A DNA stretch of 63,741 bases, the filler included, from Globobulimina sp. (lineage: Eukaryota): assembly GCA_003354225.1 (NCBI GenBank). It is 36 parts of 36 records of this genome, joined end to end, with 100 filler letters (N's around TTAATTAATTAA, not from the genome) between each part and the next. Parts side by side here need not be neighbours in the genome. Positions count along the whole stretch, not along the records: positions 1 to 1,675 come from PIVH01013278.1; positions 1,776 to 3,450 come from PIVH01013279.1; positions 3,551 to 5,225 come from PIVH01013280.1; positions 5,326 to 6,999 come from PIVH01013281.1; positions 7,100 to 8,773 come from PIVH01013282.1; positions 8,874 to 10,547 come from PIVH01013283.1; positions 10,648 to 12,321 come from PIVH01013284.1; 29 more parts are not named here. The stretch is one strand, 5' to 3'. This document shows, piece by piece, positions 1-12,421 of this stretch (position 1 is its first letter; every line of letters starts with the position of its first letter). The position numbers and the translations under genes are program-made. The notes below the pieces were generated by a model that saw only the letters and a program-made list of their open reading frames with translations, did not search any database and had not been told where the DNA came from.

Positions 1-54
1 GCTAAGATAAGAATATAGGTATAAAACAGAAAGTTACTTTATCCCGACGTCATT

Positions 55-516
55 ATGGCTATGTTACATCCATTTGTCAGCGAAGCTATTCCCGAATTGG
101 GACCAGATATATTTAAATGTATAGACAAAGATGGTCCCTTAGTACTTTATCATGTATTTAATATTTACTACGGACTTGAAATCAAAAGAAAAATACAAGC
201 CATGATGGCAGAAATGTGCAAAGTAAACGGTTTCGGTTGTCACTGCGACATTTATAAATCGATAATCGACGCCTTCTATTGCTGGGGATGGAAAGCTATG
301 GAAGCTATAACGAATGACCCTGATTCTCAGGCAACAATAATGTTTTCAATGAAAGAACACTGCGAAGAAATTAAACTTCAAGATGCTAATGTAGATGACT
401 TTTTATGTGATACAAAACCTTTCTGTTTTGGTTTAGTAAAGGACAAATGGTTAAATGATTTGCTTTATGTATTGGAAAATCATGTTACTTGGATAATACC
501 TAAACATTTTAAATAA
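55..516 (+). CDS. Hypothetical protein, 153 aa, intronless
   Basis: Complete ORF; TATAAAA at 20-26 upstream and AATAAA overlapping the stop (512-517); no family recognised. Confidence 0.55.
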   Translation: MAMLHPFVSEAIPELGPDIFKCIDKDGPLVLYHVFNIYYGLEIKRKIQAMMAEMCKVNGFGCHCDIYKSIIDAFYCWGWKAMEAITNDPDSQATIMFSMKEHCEEIKLQDANVDDFLCDTKPFCFGLVKDKWLNDLLYVLENHVTWIIPKHFK

Positions 517-1193
517 ATATTTTGTTTTAAATATTCAGTCAACGTTTGTCATTTCGACTTTAAACTATGTTTCCCTATAAGGAGCTTGACAGCTGTTGTT
601 ATCTTAAGTTTGTTTGTAGTGTAAGTTAGTGTCGATCCGCTCGTAAATTAAATATTCGTACCGAATACATACTTTCCTCGTCTCCTCGCAGTCTAGTTAG
701 GTGAGTGTAATAAGTGATAGTGTCTTTTAGTGTTTTGTAAACATTTTTAGCCCCATCTTTATTTGTCAGCTTCATTATCAACAAATTTAGATTTGTCTGT
801 GCAATTTTAAATGTTCAAGTTTAATAATATTTTCAGTCTTTAGAGACACTTTAAAATTTCTTATCATGTTTCCATACAGCCATGCTATTATCCGGCGTCG
901 TGCAGTCTGTCACCTAAAATTTAATAATTTCAGCGTTTTCGGTTCGGAGCAAAGCATTGACTGCCAATAGTTTTAAACTTTTCTATCGAGCTTTTAGCTG
1001 TCTCTTAGTTTTAAACTTTTCGATCTAGAACGGCAATTTAACTTTTAGCTGTCCTGCTAAAGTCATCTGCAAACTTTGACAGACCAATGTTTGTTCTCTC
1101 CGAAAACGCTGACTTGCTTTATTGTCTCATAACACGTTAAATATGCATAATAATCTCAGAAGATCGTTAGCTTCTAGTATACTACTACTCACA

Positions 1194-1675
1194 TTTGCAA
1201 GAGTAACCAATGATGCTTATACTCAAGTGATTGGTTCTGATCTTGAAGGGATAATGGTACTTACTTTTGATAATATTTCAGACGATAAAGAATTCGGTGT
1301 GGAGAATTCAGTAAACCTTCAAGCAGCAAAATGGTACAGTGTAAATGCAAGCCTTAATTTCAAAGGGCAAAACTCAAAAGGAATGATGAATGACGATACA
1401 TTTGATCGTAGCGCATTTACTTTTGATGCACGTTTAATCAACTCGTTTTCTTTAGGAAAAAAAACATCTGCTCAACTAATGATGTTTTATTTCCACGATA
1501 GATTGGGAAACGCAATTGGAAAAGTTGAGAAGTTTTACTGGGTTGATGCGTCCATTCATCGGAACTTTCTTAAGGATAGATTATCAGTCACCTTACAAGC
1601 AAAAGATATTTTTAACACCAATCAGTTAAAATTTGATATTGATCGTAGCGATTACCGCTTTTTTGTACACCGAAA
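1194..1675 (+). CDS. Bacterial (Bacteroidetes-like) TonB-dependent receptor / outer-membrane beta-barrel, C-terminal fragment
   Basis: Amphipathic beta strands and motifs KEFGVENS, KWYSVNASLN, YWVDASIHRNFLKDRLSVTLQAKDIFNT; 5' boundary approximate. Confidence 0.75.
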
Positions 1676-1775
1676 NNNNNNNNNNNNNNNNNNNNNNNNN
1701 NNNNNNNNNNNNNNNNNNNTTAATTAATTAANNNNNNNNNNNNNNNNNNNNNNNNNNNNNNNNNNNNNNNNNNNN
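1676..1775. other. Artificial contig linker N44-TTAATTAATTAA-N44 (first of 35; recurs about every 1773 bp, last at 61970-62069)
   Basis: Identical 100-bp spacer giving stops in all six frames; flanking contigs fall monotonically from 1675 to 1672 bp. Confidence 0.99.
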
Positions 1776-1895
1776 ATTGCAACTAACTCCGAATGCGGAA
1801 TACAGTTAACATCATTCGGCAATTATCCACATAAACGGCACTGTGCCAACAACAACAACAATAACAACAGCAATGAGAATAACAACAACAGCTCA

Positions 1896-3450
1896 ATGAT
1901 GTTGATCGATGATCCAAACAGCAGATACGGAATGGATGAGGTTCAAAACGAGAACAACCGAATCAACCATTTACTGCAAATAACGCAAAAGAAAAACAGT
2001 GGTTTACATTTGGAAAACGTCGAGTTACGGCGGAATATGTTGGAGATTGAGCTGAAATTAAACAAACAAATGGAGATTACGGCGAAATACGAGACGGAAA
2101 AGATGCGCAACGACCGCGCCTGCACCAAATTGCAATTGTTATTGAACGATATCGCGATCAGCGAGCGGCAGGAACGAGAAACGAAATTGATTGAAGACAA
2201 CAAAATGTTGGGCCGCGTGGTGCAGCATCAAGGCAGCAACAACGGCTTCCACACCAACATCATCTCCGATATCTGGGAAGATGGGCAGTTATTTGAAGAC
2301 TTGAAGAAAAGGAAGAAAGTGCTGGAAATGCAGAAACTCGAAATTGAATCTAAGAAAAAAGAATTGCGCAAATTGAAAAGCAAAGTGAACAAAGAAAACA
2401 ACAAAGAAAACCACCACAAAATAATGAGTAATCAGAATAATCAGAACCAGCCTCATAACGGAGTGGGTAACGATGGCTTTGCGGTGCCGGAGCATAATAG
2501 GAAATTGTTGAATAAATTGACTTTGGATTCGGAAATAATTTCGATTCGCTTAGCATTGATAAAAAAGCAATTAAATGAGTTGGAAGTGGAACATTCGGCG
2601 TTGGAGTATCGCAAGAAAATCCATATCAAATTCATCCGTTTGATGCGCGATGAGAAGAAATCGCGTTTCTGCATTAACAAAAATGAGCAGTGCTACGTGT
2701 TGAATAATCGCTATGTTTTGATCAATTTGTTAGGCCGCGGCGGTTTCAGTGAGGTCCACCGTGGCTACGATTTAGTGGAACATAAGTACATCGCGGCGAA
2801 GATCCATCAGTTGAACAGTCAATGGAGCGATGAGAGGAAGCGCAATTACACCAAGCACGCGACGCGCGAGTACGACATACATAAATCTCTAAATCATTGC
2901 AACACGGTGTCGCTGTACGACGTGTTTGGCATTGATGTGAATTCCTTTTGTACGGTGTTGGAATACTGCGACGGGATGGACTTAGATATGTATTTGAAGA
3001 TAAATAAGACATTGGCGGAGCGAGAGGCGCGTTCCTTAATCATTCAAGTCTTCATCGGCTTGAAGTATTTGCACAACTCACTGCCAATCATCATCCATTA
3101 TGACCTAAAACCGGGCAATTTATTGTATAAAAACGGTTTGATCAAACTGACCGACTTCGGACTGGCCAAAATCATGGAAACCGATGAAGACATGGGCAGC
3201 AACGGCGAGATTGAGTTAACCTCTCAGGGCGCCGGAACGTATTGGTATTTACCCCCTGAATGTTTCAGATCGCATTCGCATAATTCGCCCATTATGATCT
3301 CTCCCAAAGTGGATATATGGAGTGGCGGCGTCATATTTTACCAAATGTTGTTTGGGAAGCGGCCATTTGGCGACAGTTTATCACAAGACACCATTTTAAA
3401 TAATAAAACTATATTAAACGCACATAATGTCTCATTCCCAAATCAGCCGA
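1896..3450 (+). CDS. TLK: Tousled-like Ser/Thr kinase (3' partial)
   Basis: Coiled coil, then LNNRYVLINLLGRGGFSEV, KIHQLN, KHATREY, IIHYDLKPGN, DFGLAK, ELTSQGAGTYWYLPPECF. Confidence 0.93.
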
Positions 3451-3550
3451 NNNNNNNNNNNNNNNNNNNNNNNNNNNNNNNNNNNNNNNNNNNNTTAATT
3501 AATTAANNNNNNNNNNNNNNNNNNNNNNNNNNNNNNNNNNNNNNNNNNNN

Positions 3551-5121
3551 CATTCGCGTACTTCGACAGCGAAGCATTCGAATAAACTGCAGCCATGGAA
3601 TGAGAAGCAAAACAAGAATATGCTCAAATACGATGCGAACAAGAATACGCGCCAGAAACTACTCATCGCGCCGGCTCATTATGTGTACAGATTCTTGGAA
3701 TCGGTGTTCGAATTATTCTGTGTGTTGACCTATGCTGTGGTGGACGTCGATATTTACGATCGTGTGTTCAAAACGAACACATGGACCATTGTGATAGCTA
3801 CGTGTACTACGATATTGACGCCGATATTATACTGCACTGTGCGGGCTTTTGCCGACGAATCGAAGACGTTGGAAAGGAACTTAATTGCTATGGTGCTTCA
3901 TGGCGGTGAGACCAAAGAGATTATACAGTTGATTGGGTCCGGGGCCTCGCTCAAACAGACAGACTACGAAGGGAACAGCATTGTGCATGCTTGCGTGGAA
4001 AAGAACGATGACATATTATTGAAGAGAATCATCAAAAAGTATAAGAAAGACGGGGATAGTGTACATTTGGACGGATTTCATGCGAGGAATAAGAGAGGTT
4101 ATACGCCGGTGTTATTAGCAGCAAAGTACGGCGCGATTGATTGTTTGAAGTTATTTTCGCATTTGGAGGAAGATGTGGATTTCAATCAAGTGCACGTACG
4201 GAGTGGACAGGCTATGATTCATATTGCCACTGAATATGATAAGTTTGAAACGATTGAGTATTTATCATCATTAGGCGATGCTAAATGCGATTGTCATGCG
4301 ATATATTCCTATGTCACACCGAAATCGTTTGAGATCCCGGGCTATAATGCCATTCATGTGGCGGCTAGACATAATTCTGTGCGTTCGTTGGAGATGTTGT
4401 TGGAAAAGAAAGTTGATTTTACATTGAAATTAGGCAATGGCGATACAGCAGGTATAGAATATTTGTATTTATGTATGTACAGCAATGTAAATAAAAACAC
4501 ACCACAGCAATTGTAGCAGCGTCTCGTGGACATACAATAATTTTATATAAATTGTATGAAGCTGCAGCAAATTTAGATAAATCCCGGGATTTTTTTGATA
4601 TTCAGGGCAATTTTGGACATACACCGTTATACAGAGCAGCATTGAATAATCATCCTGGCACAGTGTTGGTGTTAGGGAGGGATTTCAATGCCAGTCCAAA
4701 TATACCGGATGAGCATGGCGTGCATGTCGTGGTGCAAGCATTTAGATCCTGTACATTTGGTGTTTTACAGTCATTGGCAGAGTTAGGATGTCGGTTTGAT
4801 GACACTGGCTGTGACAAATGGTTGGAAGTGGTAAATGCAAACAAGTTAACTGCATTAATGTGGGCGTGCAAGTTTGATCATCCTCGACTGGTGAAAACAT
4901 TATTAGATTCGGGGGCAAATAAGAATTTTGTGAATAAGTTAGAGGAATCTGCAGTACATCATGCCGCTGCAATGGGGTGTCTTGATTGTCTTAAATTATT
5001 GCGGGAATATGGTGCGAATATGTATATGATTAATGGCGTTAATCAAACGCCAAAAGACAAAGCTAATCAACAAGATCAGAAAGCTGTGGTTGATTGGTTT
5101 AATGATATTAAAAAAAAATAA
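3551..5121 (+). CDS. Ankyrin-repeat protein with N-terminal hydrophobic segments (5' partial); intron 4452-4507
   Basis: Multiple ankyrin repeats (GYTPVLLAAKYG, GHTPLYRAALNN, TALMWACKFD); removing the 56-nt GT-AG intron joins the two ORFs in frame (GDTAAIVAASRGH). Confidence 0.88.
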
Positions 5122-5771
5122 TTGACTTAGCTTAATTTGTGTTTGCTTTCTGTTTTGTTTATTTGTTCGTTTGTTTTTTTCTGCTTCTCAAAGAATAGAT
5201 TTTTGTTTTTGTGTATGTTATTTTTNNNNNNNNNNNNNNNNNNNNNNNNNNNNNNNNNNNNNNNNNNNNTTAATTAATTAANNNNNNNNNNNNNNNNNNN
5301 NNNNNNNNNNNNNNNNNNNNNNNNNTATACTTTTGTTCTGACAGCCCGCAAACAAACAGAGTTCATTTCAAAAAGGTAACGTTTTTACGAAAAGAGCCAC
5401 GTCAAGAGCGCTTCTAACCACTTCTTACATGTATTAATAATTAAATTTTATATGAAATAAAAATACAAAAGAAAAAGTTAAAACAAAATCAACATCAACA
5501 TGTACAAAAACAAATTGTCTATAATTTTTTTTAAACACAACACACAAATTAAAAGAAAGCAAAAACAAATTTTGTGTGGTTCAGATCTAAGATAAAAATA
5601 CATGCAACAGACGCGGAAAAAAAAAACACATAAAACTAACAAATCATAAAAAAATAAAGAAAACAACAGATTATAAAACTGTTTGAAAGATTAAAGAGAA
5701 TAAAATATAATAAAAATATATAATTAATTTAAATATTATTAATAAACAAATAATAATATAAAAAGTATAAG

Positions 5772-6999
5772 TCACGAAACAAACAAACTAATTTTGGATG
5801 TTTGAATATTTTCAATGTGTGAATATGGTGAATTAATATCAGAATTAATGTCATTTATCATATTTTTAATATTTGTATTATGTTTATATTTTTCCTGGTC
5901 ATCATCATCTGTGTCTTCATCAGTAATTGAATAACACCGTATATTTGTTATTGCACCCCTCGGAGTGTTAGGATTATTACATTTTATTCTTGGCGATATA
6001 ATTGGTGATAAACATATATCCATATTCTTATTATTCTCTTTATCCGCAGACAAGGCAAATATCGATGGAATAACCATGGTCTTATTATTATTATTGTTAT
6101 TATGCCCTTCTGTGACTGATGAATTTGACTGAACCGATACGTTGCTATTCGTTGTCGATAAATATAAAGAGGCAAAATCATACTCGACATCGATATCAAT
6201 ATCATCATCTTTTGGTGATTCAATTATACAATGTTTGTAATTATAATTATAAATATAATTATCATCCGAATCATAATCGATCTCATAATCCGAATCAATT
6301 TCATCGCAATGCATATGGCCGCCAGATATTAACGTTAATAATTCATCCGCAGTCACTCCACCATCCGCCGATATTGCTGGTGATGTCGTGCTAAAATCTA
6401 ATTTTACATTAAGACTATTAATGACATTGCGTTTGCTTGTTTTTCTTTTTCTAGATCTCCATGTTTTAGTTTTACTACGTTTTTTTTGTTTTTTGTTTTT
6501 CTTGTTTTTCGCCATTTATTCGTAGTTTAATTGATTTATATTTATATGACCTAAACGTTGTTTGTGTAAAGGTTTGAGATCTTGGCTGTGAATATTTTGA
6601 TTGTAGAGAATGGATAAGTTTTTTAAATGTTTTATAATCAGTGTCTCCTTTTTTTAATCCCAAATGTCTTTGTGCCAATATCTTAAGACAATGGTTATTT
6701 AATTTGGAGATGTTTTTACCATCAAACTTTTTGTCTCGCTTTATTTTATTAATATATTTTAATAATTTTGGATTATTTTTCGAAGACTGATCAATATTCC
6801 AATTACATTTGAGCCATTCAGCAATTTCCATTTTGCTCCATGTTGATAATGAGCGATCCTCTTTTTTTATCATTTTTGTTTTTTTTGCACGTTTAAATGA
6901 AAATGTTCGCTTGTGTTTTTTTCCTTTTTTTCCTTTTCTTTTTTTTTCTTTTTTCTTTTTTTCTTTCGCTTCATCTTTTGAATCATATTCTGAATATGA
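5772..6999 (-). CDS. SAM-like domain plus low-complexity protein (5' partial); two overlapping ORFs with a probable frameshift in the A-run near 6480
   Basis: LSTWSKMEIAEWL...FDGKNISKL resembles SAM; ORFs 6475-6873 and 5772-6515 overlap in a Lys-rich homopolymer tract. Confidence 0.5.
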
Positions 7000-7101
7000 N
7001 NNNNNNNNNNNNNNNNNNNNNNNNNNNNNNNNNNNNNNNNNNNTTAATTAATTAANNNNNNNNNNNNNNNNNNNNNNNNNNNNNNNNNNNNNNNNNNNNA
7101 A

Positions 7102-7413
7102 ATATTTACACAAAAATTAGAAAGAATTGTAATATTTAAGCGTCCATCTCGTAAATTTGTGTCCAGCATACATTTAAATGATATATTTTTGGCCTCGATA
7201 TTGAATGGAATTTCAATGATAAATTCATCAGTAGCCTTAAAGCAAATATTTCGAGAATTTATAATCATCGAACCATATGATTCAATCACTATTTTTATAC
7301 AAAATCAACAAAAATTGTTCAATGCAAATGGATGGGAATTATCACAAATTAAATATATTCATAAAAAACGTAGTTCTCATTCCGATAATACATTATGTAT
7401 CAAACCTATATAA
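7102..7413 (+). CDS. Hypothetical protein, C-terminal fragment
   Basis: Open frame from the contig edge to TAA. Confidence 0.4.
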   Translation: MFTQKLERIVIFKRPSRKFVSSIHLNDIFLASILNGISMINSSVALKQIFREFIIIEPYDSITIFIQNQQKLFNANGWELSQIKYIHKKRSSHSDNTLCIKPI

Positions 7414-7558
7414 TGGGTCCCTTATTTTCCTTCTATTTATGTATAAAATTATAAAATTGTGTTATTTTATCTTCTTTTTACTTTTATCTTTTTTCTTAGA
7501 GTTTTGAAGATATCCTTTCAATCGTTTTCATTCCTAGCCGCAGTTCGAACTTCGAACC

Positions 7559-8773
7559 ATGCTTTGGTTACAGCTGCATTACATACTTGGTATGTATTGA
7601 TGCATTGCCTATACTATTATAATAATCCTCAATCAACAATCAACAAAACATCAGTGTTGCATTGGACAATAATCAAATGTTGTACAAGCCAGACCAATAC
7701 AACCATTTATATATCAAGCACGAATATAATACCTCCTTCCACATCAAACATATATACTACATCACCTCCATCTAAATCTATTTGGAATAATATACTCCAA
7801 TACCAAGTGGACGGACTCAATTTAATATGTTTAGTACCAATATATCGCGAATAATCTCATACAACACACATACACTCCATATAACATCTATAGTCATCAT
7901 AATATGCATCGTGTTATTACTTTGCACATTTTGCAGTGTATTTTGTTATTTCATCTGTCAACATTCAAGGTATTTATTTATATTCCATTCACATTCACCA
8001 CTCTCCGCAAAAACGCATTTTTAACCATAGACGCAAAGGAATGTTAAAAAAAGAAATCGCAGCAAATACAGAGAAAAACAAGCGATCCATAAACGGTATG
8101 AATGGGATGGAAAATAAACGCATTCACGAAGGAAATGATGAGAAAGGCATCAATATAACAATGGATAATGGCACATCAAATACAATGACATCTTCCATTG
8201 ACAATAAAAACAACACGACCAACAATTCACATATACCACAAAAACATATACATAATAACAATAATAGCAACGATCAGAATTTCGGCATTGGATCACCTAA
8301 AAACCAGCTAAACCAAACTGAATTACCCGGACAAATCCAAACAATATCACCAATTGTTCCGACTCATTCGCACAGATCAACCGATAATAAAACACCATCA
8401 CCTAATCGCCATCACACCGCAGCACCAAACAATGATAGATATTCACGTAGAACCACCCATAAATCACACAGCAAATCGCCAGCCAACAACAAAGAGAAAA
8501 AAACAGGCAAAAACCACACGAAACACGTTCAAGTACCCAGCAATTTGGCTGCTGAGATGGAAATGGCTTCGTTTATCCCCATGGGAATGCAAATGGATAT
8601 GAATAAATCTGACGATAACACCACGTCAGTAACCTCCACCGACGGCGACGATGATGAAAAGATCGGATTGACAGAGCACGAACATAACAAACACCACACA
8701 AAGCATCGGAATACATATACCAACAATGGCCAAAACCCGCTGTCAAACAAGTTCAGTACCACACGTTCAAAGG
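7559..8773 (+). CDS. Type I membrane protein (signal peptide, S/T/P-rich stalk, one TM helix, low-complexity tail), three short introns, 3' partial
   Basis: GT-AG introns near 7590-7654, 7829-7893 and 7970-8030 give a continuous frame MLWLQLHYILVLHW...IIICIVLLLCTFCSVFCYF...RRKGMLKK. Confidence 0.6.
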
Positions 8774-8873
8774 NNNNNNNNNNNNNNNNNNNNNNNNNNN
8801 NNNNNNNNNNNNNNNNNTTAATTAATTAANNNNNNNNNNNNNNNNNNNNNNNNNNNNNNNNNNNNNNNNNNNN

Positions 8874-10547
8874 GAACATTTTTAAAAAGAGATACAAAAA
8901 CGCAAGCACTCACATCATACAATTTTAATCCAGCCACATTTAAACAATATTTGATGGTCCACGATGCCATCATACCCTTCGTTATCACGCAAAATGATAA
9001 AGGCGACTTTGTATTGATGTTTTCCACTGACAATCAAGTCACTGCATTCCTAGAAGGTATCTCATAAATTCATAATATACAATAATTGCATTTGCTGACT
9101 CCATATAACCAAAATATAAAAAGCGTACCCAAATGGCTTAGAAATCAAAGGAACCACGGTTTATTTCAAAAAAGTAGGTTATAGGGACTTGGGAGAAGCA
9201 CTACAAACTATCAAAGCATTAACGAATAAGGCAAAATCTGAGAGGAAAAAAAGGAAAAAAGCATGGATAGTTCGACAATTCCCCAGAAACATGGATGATA
9301 ACATAACTTGTGGCGGGTTATTGCAACCGAAAAATGCGTGTTCTATCGATATGACTGAAATCTTTCACAGTGGTTGGTATCAAGAGTCCCTCCGCCCATT
9401 CCCATTGGAGGCCAAACCGTTAACGTTAGACAACAACGATGAGTCTCAAAAAAAATACTACGAACACTTAAAGTGTCTAAACACAGATATTTGGGAATGG
9501 TATTCTGAGGCCATTCCAACAGCGGAAGAAATGCGCAAAATCCAACTGTTTTTAAGCGAATATGTGCTGAAAACCATTCATAAAACATTGAACTTATCAA
9601 ACAATCGAGTTGTTGGCTTGAATAACATTATGACTATTTTTGGCAGTGCTTCTTATGGATTATTTATAAGCCCATTCTCGGACATTGACGTTGGAGTAAA
9701 TTTGAATATTGTTGGAAAGCGCGCGAATAATAAAGAAAAGTCATTAACAAATGCTTGGATTAAGGAGAAACATAAAAAAGCCCAGTTTTTAAGAATGTTA
9801 TCAACGAAAATCCAAAACAACTACGCCAATATTTTCAAAAAAATCATGATAACGCAACAAAAAGAAGCGGCCACATTTATAGAGGATAAAGATACGAATG
9901 ATCAAAAAAATAAACGTTGGCGATTCCGCAGACCCCCAAAACGCGATGTTGTTGTCCATGAAGAAGTATTTACTGCGAGAGTGCCATTGTTAAAGTTATA
10001 TATTCCGCCGTTAAAAGTGTTTATGGATATCTCCATCAACAACGAATCGAATTTTGTGTCCAAACTGATTATGCTTTATGTTAAATATGACATTCGTGTC
10101 CGGCCATTTTTATGTGCGTTGAAATATTGGTGCTATCAACGATCGATTTGTAAGGCTTTTAAAGGGTATTTGAATACGTTTGGATGGGTGTTATTAGGTA
10201 TTAAATTGTTGCAAAATGGACTGGAAATACCGATATTGCCATTGATGAAAATGGATGTTGAGAGTGGCGCAGTTATGATCAACAAAGAAAATATGAAAGA
10301 AAACGAGACAAATAGTGATACTGTGGCGGAATTATTATATTTTTTTTTCGACTTTTATGCGCATTTTGATTTCAGTAAATATCAAATATCCATTCTAGTG
10401 AATGAGCGGTATCAATTGAAAGAGAGTGAGGAAAATAAGATCAATCCATCATATCGCAGTGAATGGATTGTTTTCCATCCATTGAAGGCCAAATGTAATG
10501 TCGCTTACAGTGTGAAACAATGGACCGCGCATTTAATGAAAAAACAA
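8874..10547 (+). CDS. Non-canonical poly(A) polymerase / terminal uridylyltransferase (Cid1/TRF4 family), partial; intron 9057-9123
   Basis: FGS...SDID catalytic motif, ARVPLLK, DISINN, VRPFLCALKYW, GYLNTFGW, PAP-associated ELLYFFFDFY. Confidence 0.88.
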
Positions 10548-10647
10548 NNNNNNNNNNNNNNNNNNNNNNNNNNNNNNNNNNNNNNNNNNNNTTAATTAAT
10601 TAANNNNNNNNNNNNNNNNNNNNNNNNNNNNNNNNNNNNNNNNNNNN

Positions 10648-10766
10648 TGACTTGTACATAGTTGCAATATATGACTATAATTTGGTGGAAAAGTTCCTCC
10701 ATACTTTTATAGTCATAACATAGTCATATTTGTATGATTCTGCGTCTTATAGGAGTTATCCCTGTA
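10648..10766. mobile_element. DNA transposon / MITE end (Tc1/mariner-like ...CCCTG|TA)
   Basis: 10733-10766 is the exact reverse complement of 12195-12228; ends in CCCTG followed by TA; internal ATGACTAT subterminal motifs. Confidence 0.6.
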
Positions 10767-11203
10767 GTTATTTTTTAATTTTTATCCTTGCACTGAAAAT
10801 GTTTTTTTTTTGTTATGAATTTTTTTGCTGACTAATCAAAATATTTTTTATTTTCCTGAATTTTGCCAAAAAATTTCAATAATTCCTAAAAAAAAATTAA
10901 AAAAAAACAATCAGAATTTCCCGGAATTTTCTTAAAAAATTTCAAAATTCATGTACAAAAACTTTCCTAGTGAATAGTTTCTTGAAAAATGTTTCTGAAA
11001 ATGTTTCTGAAAACGTTTCTGAAAACATTTCTATTAAACGTTTCTATAATTTTCGGATTTATATGGTCGGTACCAAATCTTAAATTTCCAAAATATAAAG
11101 TACCAAATCTTAAATTTAGAGGTGAAACACTTGAAAAAATCATACCTATTATTCCCGAGAATATTAATTTTTTATTTAGACATGACATCATTGTCAAAGC
11201 AGA

Positions 11204-11715
11204 GGGATCATATTTAGACATGACATCATTGTCAAAGCATTTTCGACTTTGTTGAATCAGGCAAAAATAGCTCATTCCATTGAATTACGTCATTTATTTG
11301 ACGACAAATTATTGAAGCCAGCAGACATTTTTATTAAAAATTGGGGTTTAAATTGCGAGGAATATGCATTTGATAGTAATTATGCGCTGAAAGTAATTAT
11401 GTCGAGGCAGGCAAACATTTATTAGTAACTGCAAATTCATTTTATAATCATAAAATAAACAAATATAAGAAATATGTCATTGATAAAAAGATTAATACGA
11501 GGCAGTTAATCTATGTCCCGTTAATTATCGAAGATTACGGTGGTTTACATCGTGAAACTGTTAAATTTATTAAGCAAATTGCAAAACGTAGGTCGGCGAA
11601 CATGAACATTGAAGTTCCCGATTCCATCGGCTATTGTTTTCAATATATCAGTTCTTGTCTGATGAAAGCTAATGCCATTGCTACCTTAAACCATCATGAC
11701 ATCTATCGCACATAA
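11204..11715 (+). pseudogene. 5'-truncated, frameshifted non-LTR retrotransposon with restriction-like endonuclease (CRE-like)
   Basis: Manual translation GIIFRHDIIVKA...KPADIFI...AFD, frameshift near 11385, then KINKY...YVPLIIEDYGGLH...ISSCLMKANA. Confidence 0.8.
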
Positions 11716-12053
11716 TCCAATTAAATCTATTCAATTCTTAATCCATTCTTTGAACAAATCACATAATTAAATTTATTTATTGATTGTTTGCATTATTTAT
11801 TTGTTATTTGTTCCCAATTTATTCTGAGATCATTGTTTTGTTTGTAGTTTGGATTTGTTTCTTTTTGCAAAATTACTATAACAATTTTATTCCTTTTTAC
11901 TTTAATTTTTGTTTTAATTTCCATTATTTAATTTCATTCTTTTTTCATTTTGCATTTATTGTCGTTTTACTTTTGAGTTTATGGTTCTTACGCGAACTTT
12001 AATTTAATTAATTTGAGGTCATTTTACTTCTCCTTGGAAAAAAAATTTATTCA

Positions 12054-12136
12054 GTTATTAACATCTAATAGGGGGCAACAGAGTTGCATTGCGGGGCGAT
12101 AGACCCAGAGGCAAGAAGCACGGAGGCAGAAGCATT
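12054..12136 (+). repeat. Dispersed repeat, homologous to the reverse complement of about 38705-38794
   Basis: GGGGCAACAGAGTTGCATTGCGGGGCGATAGACCCAGAGGCAAGAAGCA nearly identical between contigs 7 and 22. Confidence 0.8.
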
Positions 12137-12194
12137 ACAAAAACATCTTGTTTTGGACACAGGTTTTTGACAAAGAACTTAAAAGTTTTTTGCG

Positions 12195-12321
12195 TACAGG
12201 GATAACTCCTATAAGACGCAGAATCATATATTCAGATATGATTTATGAAATAAAGGGGATCTCGTCCGAGATAATGAATTATGTATGACTATAAAAAATA
12301 ATTAAAAATCATACATGTATG
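12195..12321. mobile_element. DNA transposon / MITE end (TA|CAGGGATAACTCCTATAAGACGCAG...)
   Basis: 34-bp perfect inverted match to 10733-10766, running outward to the contig edge. Confidence 0.6.
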
Positions 12322-12421
12322 NNNNNNNNNNNNNNNNNNNNNNNNNNNNNNNNNNNNNNNNNNNNTTAATTAATTAANNNNNNNNNNNNNNNNNNNNNNN
12401 NNNNNNNNNNNNNNNNNNNNN

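Noticed and set aside
1122-1193. Signal peptide of the beta-barrel ORF
   Set aside because: TTG start in apparently unrelated DNA running into the middle of a barrel; probably a chimeric junction
10733-12228. One 1.5-kb transposon bounded by the 34-bp inverted repeat
   Set aside because: The TA-CAGGG termini point inward and similarity extends outward, fitting two separate element ends; no transposase inside
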